A DNA stretch of 62,920 nucleotides, the filler included, from Hausera hauseri (lineage: Eukaryota): NCBI GenBank assembly GCA_046269625.1. It is 9 parts of 9 records of this genome, joined end to end, with 100 filler letters (N's around TTAATTAATTAA, not from the genome) between each part and the next. Parts side by side here need not be neighbours in the genome. Positions count along the whole stretch, not along the records: positions 17,088 to 26,801 come from JBJURY010304388.1; positions 26,902 to 32,481 come from JBJURY010226742.1; positions 32,582 to 38,010 come from JBJURY010257181.1; 6 more parts are not named here. The stretch is one strand, 5' to 3'. Shown here piece by piece: positions 25,922 through 38,110 of this stretch. Numbering within the stretch: position 1 is the stretch's first letter; the number at the start of each line of letters is the position of its first letter. The notes below the pieces were generated by a model. It was not told where the DNA came from. It did not search any database and was given only the letters and a program-made list of their open reading frames with translations. The position numbers were made by a program, and so were the translations under genes.

Positions 25922-26344
25922 AGCATTCGCCATCAGCCCCGGGGGTCTGCACATGTGAAAATCGATATTGCACATGTGCTAATCAATAATGCACCCAGAA
26001 CACTATCTATCGATAAAGTGCTTAGCAACCGTGACAAATGGAACCGTTGCTATGCACACTTGCACATTTCACAAGTCCATCGCTACATATTGCACCCGAT
26101 CGAATCGATTAGCACAAAGTGTTATTCGATAGTGCACGTTGAGGCGCATCGATCTGTACACTGCAGTCCACCTGCACATGTGCATTTGGGTGCAAATCAA
26201 TAATATCGGATTTCCGATAATTTCAATTTTGCTGATTAGGACATTGCACGGGGTGCAATATATTGCAAAAACGGTACACTGTGCGAATCGACCGAATGGT
26301 CTTCGAATAATATCGACTCGAAAGTGCAGGTAGTGGCGAATACC
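25922..26344. repeat. Foldback/MITE-like element built of TGCA/TCGA palindromic motifs
   Basis: Imperfect inverted ends gcattcgccatca / tagtggcgaatac; many tgcacatgtg and atcgat. Confidence 0.45.
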
Positions 26345-26801
26345 CATAGGCTTTTAGGTCCTAAAAGATCAAAATTCGCTATTACGTTCAGCGGGTACAG
26401 ATAGGAAACCGAGTATGGGGATCTCGAATATCGAGTCCGATATTCGAAATTCTAAAAATTTTTGCCCTAATACCAAACTTCGAAATTTTGAAAAAATTTG
26501 TTGACTTCATTCGATTCCCCATGTGCCCAAACCCCTAAATCCATTAGAATTATTTTATGAAAATGTGCTATATAGATATAAAATCAATTAATCGAAATAA
26601 GCAAAACGTGCATTTTAAGCTCAGTGAAGCATGAAATTAATGAACCTAGTAGCGCATACAGATAGGAACCCATAAATGGCGAATCGGAATATGACAACAT
26701 ATTCGAAATCGAGCATCTGACAATGGTATTGGGCTTTACGAAGACTGCATTTAAAAACAGTGAAAATACAGGTGTGCTTCCAATTAAATTGAACAATGCA
26801 T

Positions 26802-26901
26802 NNNNNNNNNNNNNNNNNNNNNNNNNNNNNNNNNNNNNNNNNNNNTTAATTAATTAANNNNNNNNNNNNNNNNNNNNNNNNNNNNNNNNNNNNNNNNNNN
26901 N
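26802..26901. other. Assembly spacer
   Basis: N44-TTAATTAATTAA-N44. Confidence 0.97.
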
Positions 26902-27712
26902 CTATCATACAGCCATAAAGACAATGGTCTAACTCTAAACGGACTTGTTGGATATCTGTCCCTCTTATGAGTTGGTCCCTTCTTAACCCAGTCATCTCTG
27001 CATATGACTCTCGGACATGCTTCCGGGGGTTTATTACTGTGGATTATATTTCAGATCCGTCTCTTTCTCTAATAGATATCTCGATGGGTATTCCATATCC
27101 ATCGTCTACTTTTCCTCAATTCCTTGCTAAGATTCTTATGTTACGTCCATCTTGAACTAATCTATATGATTGCTTATGTTCGTCCTTTTCTACTTCTGTC
27201 GGAGTCCGTTCAAATTCCGAAACCGGCAAACATAAATTGCAGTTCTCTTTATAGGTCACTTCGAACATAGGTTTAACAGGAAGGGCTGCTACTATAAATT
27301 CCAGACCATAGTTGATACTTTCTAAGCCCTGTTTATTTATTCTAAATGTACTAAACCGATAGTGATGCCCTTCATTGGAGTTCTATGGTTGGTCTTCTAC
27401 TCTGTAGTATAGTTCCCCGTCAGCTAGGTGTATGTATACTTCTTCAGTTCTTTTGGTCCGTTTTTGAATCAGTTCCTTTAGTGAGTGAGCTCTTGCTTGG
27501 TCATTTTCACGCATTGCGTATAGGTAAACGGTTCGATTTTCTTCTGTTATACGCTTCAGGTCATTTGGGATCTCGATCACCTTTGAAAATTCGATTGCAG
27601 TTTCGGCTTGGAGGGCTTCCGTTATGCGTCGGTATATGGATTTTGATTTGGGTACTGTCGCATGTTCCTTTAGGAAATTGTCGACGCTAAATCGACTAGT
27701 CATACTTACCAT
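26902..27712 (-). pseudogene. Accessory ORF of B2 (truncated by gap)
   Basis: FSVDNFLKEHAT..EENRTVYLYAMREND..EVYIHLA..LVQDGRN..IPIEISIR..YAEMTGL..LDHCLYGCMI aligns with B1 20133-20950. Confidence 0.8.
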
Positions 27713-27859
27713 TCTGAAAGAAAATACAAAATAAGGGTCAATCCTAAAACAAAGTATTGTTCTAAAAATGAACCAATTCTTTGTTTGATGGTGGAATAAC
27801 CCGATATGTAATTGTCAGGTTATTTCATCATTAATTTTATCCTGTGGTACCATTACCCT

Positions 27860-29240
27860 TAATTCCCTCTCGGTGATTTTATGACGCTTTTTATGACATT
27901 TTCCGGTAATCAATCGACAAAACGAAATAAAAATTATGAGAGCTAATATTGACGTGCCAATAACTGATATTAATGACGACGTTGTCTATTTAGTCAAATT
28001 TTTCGTTTTAACGGTAGTCGTAATCTCATCCTTCGTTTTTTCGTTGATTAATGGCTTTGTTACGACAATCTCGTTTAATGTCCGTACCGTAAATGTTCTA
28101 CTTTGTCTGTTCTCGGCACTCATTTATATTACGTAATCTATTTTGGGTTTCAGACCGGTACATTCGATTCGATAAATACCTCTAGCTAATGTTATTTTTT
28201 ATTATTGTATACTGTTCGACAGTTAATCTTTACGTCGTAATTAAGTGCTTCTTCGACAGCAAAAGTTATTTCGCGCTGTTGTGCCCAATATTTTACAGGA
28301 ATTATTTCTAGATCCCTTTGAGACGATTTATTTGTTGGAATGATTTTGATGAGTGCAGGAGTAGTGGACTTTGTTTTCTTATTCGTTGCTGTTTCGACTG
28401 AATTCGGCTTAATTGGATTTCTAAATCGGTAACTTCCTAGATAAACACTCGACTGGTTTGGTCTGACTTCATATAAGTCTAACTGAATTCTATAATTATA
28501 TTTCTGGGGTAATTTGCAGCATCTGTTCGGTCGCTCGACATCGACTTGACAGTACTGGTGGCTGTAAGCTTGTATGTTCTCTTTCAGAAACCGGACTGAA
28601 ATTACTCGACCGTTAATTAATCGTCATTTTGTGTTTATTTGAACACAATTGTCCCTTGGATTTTCTGTTATACTGGCGAAATTTTCTTCCAGCATCCGCT
28701 TTACTGGATCGACGGACTGGAGCATTTCGTTAGGCTTTATCCCAGAATGCCTGTTTCCGGCAGGGATGACCAATTGGAACTGTGGTTCTATTTCATAGGT
28801 TTTAGATAATTTCGGTGAATACAGTCGATAGGTAAGTTTATAAGTGTGTCCGAAATCCGTATTGCAACACTGTGTATGCTCTCCGGGATCAAAATCACAG
28901 TTCTTTGTTTCTTTTGTCATTACATCAACCAGAACAATTTGAAATCTTCCAGAATTGTAGTGTGGTCTCTGTGCCTTGAATCCCACGCATGACTAGTTCG
29001 GGGAGTAATAATGAATTGTAAGTGATTGTAACGACGTAATATCTTCTTGATTCTGTGTTTCTTCTATTGTCGGTATCTTTTCCGTTTTTCGCGCTTCGTA
29101 TACATTCTTTAGTGTGGATCCGTCGTGCCACCACCGAGCTTGTGTTTTCGGAATACAAGAAGTTATTAATGATAATGCTCAAACTATCTGGACGTACGAT
29201 ATCGGTCTGGTGATAATTGATGAGGTCTTGTTTTCTCGTG
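27860..29240 (-). pseudogene. Env-like ORF of B2
   Basis: RPISYVQIV*ALSLITSCIPKTQARWW; IQLDLYEVRPNQ; TM SLISVIGTSILALIIFISF. Confidence 0.7.
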
Positions 29241-32200
29241 ATCTTAGATTGTAACATTTAACTGGTCTTATATCTGTTTTAACCACTCTTTCGATTGATA
29301 CGACTTCCTCTTTTCCGTTTTTATTGACAAAACTGTGGTCGGCGTTATGCGGATGATTTCATAGGGTCCTCTTCCGGTACGTGTCAATTTCAAGGATGTA
29401 CCTTTCTTTGCGACTGGATAATGTATATAACCCCAATTTCCCTTTTCCAAATCATGAGGTTTAATCTTTTTGTCGTATTGCTTTTTAAATTATTCCTGAT
29501 ACTCGAGCGATAATGTTTTTGCCACTTCCCAACATTTCTGCAATCTTGTCTGTAAGACTTCCGCAAAGTTTTGCTCTAAATCTTTGAGATTCTTTTCGTA
29601 CGGTGTCATACCTAGATCTGTGGGTAAGATTGCCTCTCGTCCATACATTATAAAGAATAGTGTAAATCCTGTTGCTGGATGTGGAGTTGTACTTATCGCG
29701 AACTGTGTTCCTTCTAGGAAGTCATCCCAAATCCTTTTGATCTTTTGCCACTACTGTTGATAGTATGCGAATGACTGTTGCGTTCATTCGTTCGACCATT
29801 CCATTACATTGTGGGTGATATGCGGTAGTAGTTAAACGTTCAATTTCGAATATCTTGGTAATTTTTTTGAATAATTCGCTTGTGATGTTCCTTCCTCTAT
29901 CTGTTAGGATTTGTTCTGGTGGTCCGTATCTGCAGATAATCTTTCTTACCACTGCGTCAGCTAGAGTTTCCGCCTTTTGATCTAATAGTGCCACTAGTTC
30001 GACGAAATGCGTTAGCCGGTCTACACATGTTAGAATGTATCTATTATTTTTGTGAGTTTTAGGCAAAGGTCCTACTATATCCATAGACATGGCTTGCATG
30101 GGCCTATCCGGTACATTTATATGCTTTAATTCTGCTACATAGCCTTTTGTTTTCTTTTGTTTTGTCGCGCAAACTTCGCACGCTCCTACCCAATTCTTTA
30201 CATCAATATAGATGCTTGGCCAATAGTATTTATTTAATATTCTCTCTAATGTCTTCTTCCAAGACATATGCCCGGCTAAATATGAATCGTGTTCGGCCAT
30301 GAGTACATCGATACGTAATCCTTTTGGAATAACTATCAGTCTTCTTTTTTTTCTCTTGTAATATAAAATATTATCTTGATTTTATGCATGATATTTATGT
30401 CCCTGTTTTTGTAGGTGCTTTATCAGCTATCGTCCTTTGGGGATCGTATCATTTTGTACAAACTCGATAATTTGTTGAATAACCGTGTCTTTAACTTGTT
30501 CAGTTGTAATTCTAATCGTTTTATCCGATATTAGAGTTCTTTGTCGCTCAATCAGCTGCTCAAGTTGTGGTTTCTTTAATGTGATGATCGCACTGGTTTT
30601 TGTCTTTAATCTTGACAGTGCGCCAGCGTCGACGTGTTTATTACCTGGTTTATATTGGAATTCAATATTATATCGTGAGATCTCCTCGATCCAACGGTTT
30701 AATCTACATGTTGGGTTATTAGCTCGTCCTTTTAAGGTTGTAACTGCCTTGTGGTCGGTCACTATTATGATCTTTTGCCCGTAGACGTAAGCATTAAAGT
30801 GGCGTAGTGCTTTCTTTACGGCTAACGTTTCTAATTCGGTAACCGAATAATTTTTCTCTGCTTTCTTTAATGAGCGTCCTCCATAGGCTATTGGATGTTC
30901 TAATTCTTCCTTTTCTCGTTCCTGAGCTAATTCGTATCCTATGCTTTCTTTACTTGAGTTTGTTTTAATGATAAATGGTCGATTAAAATCCAAATATCTT
31001 AAAACTGGTTCACTTGTCAAAACTTTCTTCATTTCATCAAATGCCCTTTGTTCCACTTCTGCTCATCTCCACTTAGTTCCCTTTTTAAGTAGGCGATATA
31101 GTGGCGCGTTTATTTTTGAGTTGTCTGGTACATAAGTGGCATAATATCCACATAGGCCTAACCAGTGTCTTACCTCTTTTTGATTCTGTGGTTCCATGCA
31201 ATCGGATATTTTATTTAGCAAGGATTTATCTAGTTTTGATCCTCCTTCTCCAACTATGTGTCCAAGATAGGATACTGCATTCTGTGCCCATTTACATTTC
31301 TTTGGGTTTAGTTAGATCCCTGCTTGTTCTAATCGCATGAGTGTATCCTCAATTTCCTTTAAATGTTCCTCCTCCGTTTTTGATGCTATCATCACGTCGT
31401 CTAAATACTCGCATGCATGGTCAAGTCCCATAAGCATCTTATTCATCATTCTGGTAAAAATAGCTGGTCCTGTGGTGATGCCGAAAGGCATAACGTTAAA
31501 TTCGTATACGCCATCGTGTGTTTTGAATGCTGTCTTATATCGATCTTCTTCTTCGATTTCCACTTGCCAGCATCCCGATTGTAAGTCGAGAGTGGTGAAC
31601 CATTTTGCTCCTGAAAGTCTATCTAATGCCTCCTTTACTGATGGTAGCGGGAATAAGTCTTTCATCATTAGCGTGTTCAATGCCCGATAATCTATACAAA
31701 ATCGATGTTTTGTATTTCCTTTCTATTTACCCATCAGTATGGGTAAGTACCATGATCGGTAACTTGGTCAAATTATGTCGGCCTTTAACATTCGCTCTAC
31801 TTCTTTAGTTATCTCTGGTCTCAATGAGTGAGGAGGCGGACACACTTGGGCATTTTCTGTTCTTCTAGATCGATTTCGTCATTTGAGCCGGGTTTCTTCC
31901 TCAATGGAATTGTTAATCTTAGAGCCTTTGCTCTGTCTATCTTCTTCATTTTGTGCGATTATTGAATTGTACTTGCATAATAGTTCGTAAAACTTACAAT
32001 ATGCTTCAGGAGAAAATTTTGTTTCCACGTAAGGTGGAAATTCAGAACACTTATATGGTTTTTCCTCTATTGTCACTGCCGATACTCTGTACGTGTGGCC
32101 TAAAGTAGTTAAGGGAGTTAATGCATTGTTCACTAATCTGATAGGTATTCGTCCCGTTACTACTCTACACAAAATATTACTAAACATAAGGTTTGGATCG

Positions 32201-32481
32201 ATATTCTCTTGGGCTCAAAGTATACTGGTAAATCCTCGCCCTGTCGGATCTGCGCAAATATTATCATTTCGATTCTAGGCGGAATGTCTTCATCTACTAA
32301 AATCCATACTTCGCCCGATTTCCTTTCTTTTATTACTTTTATCCCATTTATAGGTTCGAGCTTAACTAATTTTCCGCTGTGCACATCGATTGCCATATCT
32401 GGTATCTGTTTCAATATATCGCAACCTAGTACTACATCGTCTGTTAACTGATCCATTATCGCAAATTCGTGTTGAAGTGCT

Positions 32482-32581
32482 NNNNNNNNNNNNNNNNNNN
32501 NNNNNNNNNNNNNNNNNNNNNNNNNTTAATTAATTAANNNNNNNNNNNNNNNNNNNNNNNNNNNNNNNNNNNNNNNNNNNN
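32482..32581. other. Assembly spacer
   Basis: N44-TTAATTAATTAA-N44. Confidence 0.97.
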
Positions 32582-33010
32582 GGAGGAAAATGAGCTTGTT
32601 CCGAGCTAAACCTGTTGAAGAATGTGTTCAGCTCATTTGCTCTCCGTATTTCCATCTATCCAATCCTCCTTTTGCTTTAAGCCTGTGATCTTCTTCATCC
32701 CTGACCACACACCTCTATTCCTCCTCTTTGGTTTCCTCTCCAGCTTCTTTCTATAAACCTTCTGCTGTCTCCGATCTTGACTTTGAGCTGCTTCTGTAAA
32801 CTCTTCAACAACTCCCTGTCTCACTCCCTAAAGGCTCTTTTTTGTTTAACAGTTCCTTCAGCTCACTGGTGGTCCAGGGTTTGTTATTGGGGAAGCAGCT
32901 CACTGTTCTGGTGTGGATGAAGTTTATATAGTCAGTCACACTCAGTTGATGTCGTTTCCATGTGGCTGGCAAAGAGTAAGCCAATGTGTAGCTTCAAAAC
33001 AACCCTATTC
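32582..33010 (-). mobile_element. Rex1/Babar-type LINE fragment
   Basis: TRTVSCFPNNKPWTTSELKELLNK..VYRKKLE..VWSGMKKITG. Confidence 0.78.
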
Positions 33011-34266
33011 CTAACCAATATTCTGTTGGTATTTATGTTTTATCATCCCAGTTTCATTGAATGGTGTTGTACAGTATTTAGTCAGAATTTTCAGGATATC
33101 AGGGTTGAAACTGTTCTCAATCTGGTTGTTTAGAAGTGGTTGTTCAAATCCCCATGGACATAAGTTGTGTGGAAATTTCCTGCTCAGGTGATTTGTGTTT
33201 GTACTGCCACACAGATTTACAGATTATATTGTCAGATTAATTTAGGTGATTACAGGACACTAAGTTTTGGTGGTATGTAAACTTTTTTCTTCACAGTATT
33301 TATTTTACTTCTGTTTGAAACTGTTGCTTGTTGCACATGAACCGTTGTTGAGCCTTGCTATTTTACGGTTTTAAAAGTTTACATTTTATGGAATGTGAGT
33401 TCGTTGATTGTGTTGGAACTAAGGTTCATATACATGATTGTCATTGAACCGTGCTATTGTGGTTGCCACTTAATGTCAATTCTTTGCTTTGTTGTAATGA
33501 TGTGACTTTTTGCCATTCTAATGTGTTGATGATTATCTCGAGGTTTTGAAATGCTCTGTTGAATTTTGATGATACTTTATTGCAACTGTTTGAATGTTTA
33601 TATTGATTGTCGTTTCCATTTTTCATATCTGATGGTCAGTTATTGTAGAGTGATTGTATTTGACTGGGTGACTGAAACTGCTTTGAAATGTTGTGCTGCA
33701 ATGCCATTTTCTTGTTTGATGCTGCTTTGGTATTTTATTGCATGTATTATGCATTAATTTTTTGTGTTGATTTGCAATTTTCCATTTTTGATCTGATGCT
33801 GCTTTGGTATTTTATTGCATGTATTATGCACTGATTGTTTGTGTTCATTTGAAATTTTCCATTTTTAATCTGATACTTTGACATTTTATTGCCTTGTATT
33901 GTGTACTGATTGTTGTGTTGCTTGGCAATTGTTGATTGTGCTTGATTCTGATTTTGTTGAAACTGTTTGGAATTTGCTTGAACTTTGATAGATTGTAACA
34001 TATGACTCTTTTTTTTTTTTTGAATCAACATAGGAAGTTTATATCTGAAGGCAAGATTATGTTTATTGGTATGGGCACAGGACTGAGACTTGTTAGGCAA
34101 AGCACAAGTCTGTTTTTGGGTATAGTAGGGAATGTAGTAGTTTTACTACCACAGAGGAATCGAACCCTAAATTCAAATGCCCAGAATTTTATATTTTAGA
34201 CAGCCTGTGATGACAAAGGGAAGTATGATAAGCGCCTTAACGCTGACTCCTGTTTCACTGACTGAC

Positions 34267-35504
34267 TGTGGACAACACGCGTTTTTGCATGCTCATGTCC
34301 ATGGCAGCCAAGGTCAACTTTTGATTGGACAGATGGCAGGAAAATTCGCATGACCTAAGTTCCAGTCTTTGACCAGGCATCTGCGTCCTTGACAGAATTA
34401 GAATTAAGTTTAGGATAGATGGACGCGATGAGTCACATAGGTCATGAAGAAACGTAGAGCATACGTTGCTAGTAACTATGCATGCATCGTAAGGACCAGC
34501 TAGAACCGGTTCAGATAGAAGGACAAAGAAGAAGCCGGTATATAAGTTAGATCTTTAGTGGGAACGCCCCTTTCTTTGGAGAGAGAGCTAAGCGACACAA
34601 CTGAGGCACAGGTTGTCTCCTTTGCTGACGGCAGAAACACCGGCCAGTCTCGGTAAGACTTGTGTTATTGGAACGTCCCACTATCAGTTATATTTTTGCC
34701 ACCACAGGTAATTGGCCTGTGTGCGGTGAATGAATATCGTCGTAGGCAGTAGTACAGTTATGTGTTTTTAAAATTAACCAGCAATTAATAGCTGTGAATA
34801 CATTCTATATAGCTGACGTAGTGCGTGCAGTCTCCAGTAATTCATCTAACGTCATGTGTTTATTTTTATTAAATTAACCAGCAATTAACAGTTGATAGTA
34901 GTTTCTGTGGAGCTTGAGAAAGAGTTGCCAAAGCAACGCTATAACAATGAATTGATCCTAATAAATATAAACTGTATGGGGAATAATAAAGATAATGTCT
35001 GTGGCTTACTGTGTTAAGTGATGTACCATTTGTGCGCCGCCAGTTTGAAGATTAAGTAGAATTTCAAGCAAAACGAACCTTGGGTATATATAAGTGAATA
35101 GCTAGCTATAGCATTAATTCAGATTTGAAGAACAGCTCAGGAGAAAGACAAGGCAACGATAATTTAGTTAATTAGGACAGTATAAATTATAGGTTGTTGT
35201 GTTTAAACTTAGAGCATTAATAGTTGCAAACTTGTCTTTTTTTTTTGCACTTCTACTATATTTCCTGGACATTGTTTTTTTGATTATTTAAATGTTGTTT
35301 TTCTTTAATAAAACTTAAAACATATTTGGTTTCAGTGTCCAGCATGATTGGTTAGTGTGTAAGGTGTCAGTCTCATCTCCACCTGTTATACCTATTATAC
35401 CTGTCTAGAATAGGAGGAAACCTGGGGTCACTCAACACTTTAGGTCCGAGTGTAACTCCTGTGAAGCAGGTCGAAGCAATCCCCCCACACTACCCCCTTC
35501 CACA
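34267..35504 (+). repeat. Possible solo LTR
   Basis: TGTGGA..TCCACA termini and internal TATATAA; no TSD found. Confidence 0.3.
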
Positions 35505-36879
35505 ATACAGCGAAATAGAAGTTGCGAAGGTGATTTCTACTACAGTAATGGCAGCACGTGTACAAATTGATGACAGTTAAATGTAGTTACTGTGTGGTGT
35601 CGGAGTTTTAGCACTGCCTGAAAGTTGAATAAATGTTGTTGGGTGTGCTTGTCAGGGAAATGGTAGTTTAGTCGAAGGGTCAGCATCTTCGTACATGGAT
35701 GTATGTGTAAATGCTCTGTTCTCCTTTCTGGAGGATCTCAGATCAGCGCACGTGCTTCATTGGGTAGATTTTTCCTAGAATGTTTCCCGGACATCGGACG
35801 TCAGGCCTACTCTTTTTTTATTTCCAACTGCCAATGGATTTTTAATGTGCATGACAATGTATTCGGACATCTGATCTCACTACCCAGACAACTGGAGGAA
35901 TTTTTTACTACTGCTTCCAATTTTGATTTGAACCCTGTACCTCTGGCATTCAAGGTGGATGTTGAACCTCGAGATCATTGAGTCCCTTTTGGAGATAAAA
36001 GCTACAGTGTAATGTTCAAAGGGATTTAACCATTAACTCTTAAACTTGTTTTATTTCCGAGTAGGAAAAATGTAGGTGCTGTGACTGTTTTAGTGACACG
36101 CGGATTTAAACTTCTCACTATGATGCTACAGATTGCAGAAATATGAGATGTAAAGCTTACTGCCAATTGGAGAGCTGTGTGGAGGTGCTGTGAGAGATCT
36201 TGGCAAACCATAGCTGGTCCTTTACCACAGTGTCAGGGGTACTGTCCCATAAAAAGTCAAGACCTTTGACGACCTCCATGTGATTGGTCCTGAACACAAG
36301 AATGTTAATGTTCCAGCCAACAAGCAGAGAATTGATTTAGTTCCCATCATGGTGATGGATCATGTCTAAGAGGTCAGACTTTGTGCTGCATTTTTTGAAT
36401 AATCACTAGTGTGGCAGGAAAGCTCTGTACTCTTCAAATGATGTTTCTTTAGTAAACCTTTTATTTTCGTTTTTGTTTTTAAACATGATGAGTCATCGTC
36501 ATCGCGAGTCTTCTCCACTGCACTTCTTCAACATGACTGCATAATAGTTAGTGCCCTTGCCAGTTGCAAGGTCATGGGATCAATTGCCAGTGGTGGCAGG
36601 TCTAAGTTTTTCAACCAAAATGGCTCAGGGGTCACCCAGCCTTACAAATTGGGTATTGAAAAAATTCCCTACTGACCACAATACCCAGTTATGCATGGTT
36701 GGTTAGTGAAACCTGTGGACATAAGCTCCACACTCTCTTATACATCTTTAAGGATGAACAGGCAGCTTTTTAAATTTGCATTCACATTATTTAAAATAAA
36801 TTTTAAAAATTGAAACACAAAACAGACTTTAAGATGCTCAGTTAAAAAAAAAATAATGCATCATTAAAGGAGGAGGTGG

Positions 36880-37273
36880 GATATGGTGAACCACACTCGT
36901 CATCATCATCAGGTGCCCCAGAGAAGTGTAGGTTGTCATGAAGCTCCATCTCCCACAATGTTTGGTGTCACCAGTCATCTCTGTATTGACTTACTTCTGA
37001 GCAATTCAAGCAGACCATCCGACACTTCATCCCCTTTCGTCCACTTCTTCTTTTTCTTGGTATATTGCCTGTGGTGACAATGTTTTCAAGACTATCTTAA
37101 AACACGACCAATCACAGATGCTTGTTTCTTTCTGTTCTTACTGATAAGCATTCTTCCTGCCTCTGGTTTGTGTAAAACATTTTTTATCCTGCTGTCCATG
37201 GGATTTTCAAAACAGCGTGATGGGTTAATTATGAATTCACGATTTCTGAGTCATTAAAATGTGAAATATACTG
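36880..37273 (-). mobile_element. Possible Tc1-like remnant
   Basis: CAGT start on minus strand and heavily degenerate transposase-like N-terminus; weak. Confidence 0.25.
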
Positions 37274-37469
37274 CTATGACAATAATTCCTGTTGGTGAAA
37301 CACATCATAACTGCAGATTTTCATTACTGATAATGCAGTGATTTGTTGCTTAATGTCTTTGCAAAGGTTGCTTGTCCAGAATGTTGTTGGTTTCCCAGTG
37401 TTCCTGTCCTTGGGGGTGGAGGGGGTGTAGTGTTCATTATATTGCATGTGAAATGTAATTGTTAATAAT

Positions 37470-38010
37470 GGTAGTGTCAACTACAGCATCAGTGTAGTTA
37501 CATGTAAAGTTCTCAATAATTCCTGTGTGAATTTTCAGACAAATTGTACAGTTGTTACTATGTAATTAACTATTGCACATTTAGAGTTTAATAAAATCTA
37601 GAGTTCACATTAATCAATATGTGAAAGTTTTGATGAAATACAGATGTAAATAATTACATTTTTAATTATTTCATGTGTAGACTTTTAGTAATGAAATCTA
37701 AACGTATTAATCACTGCGTGAAAGTGTAGACAAAAAGCAGAGCCCGTAGTAATTATTTTATTAAATATTCTACATATGAAGTTCTCATAAATCATTGTAT
37801 AAAAGTTCAGATGAAATAAAGATGTTAGTAATTATGTAATTGTTTCATACGCAGATTTTAATAATGAAGTCTGCAGTTATAATTAATTGTCAGCGTTTAG
37901 ATGAAATAAAGTTGTAAGTAACTGACAGCTACTTTATATGTAGAGTTTAATAATGAAGTCTAGATTTCTCATTAATCGCTGAATGAAATTTCAGATGGAA
38001 TAAAGTAGAT
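37470..38010. repeat. Diverged minisatellite (~90 bp unit)
   Basis: Recurring agagtttaataatgaagtct..attaatc..cagatgaaataaagatgt. Confidence 0.65.
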
Positions 38011-38110
38011 NNNNNNNNNNNNNNNNNNNNNNNNNNNNNNNNNNNNNNNNNNNNTTAATTAATTAANNNNNNNNNNNNNNNNNNNNNNNNNNNNNNNNNN
38101 NNNNNNNNNN
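38011..38110. other. Assembly spacer
   Basis: N44-TTAATTAATTAA-N44. Confidence 0.97.

Larger units (their letters stand above)
26902..32481 (-). mobile_element. Ty3/Gypsy family B copy B2, internal part (protease end, RT, RNase H, integrase, env-like ORF, accessory ORF 5' part)
   Basis: VVLGCDIL; MPFGITTGPA, YLDDV; NYSVTELETLAV; TDRGRN, YHPQCNGMVER; 27900-29240 and 26902-27712 homologous to B1 extra ORFs. Confidence 0.92.

Noticed and set aside
35703-35981. Possible L1-like fragment
   Set aside because: Too degenerate to support
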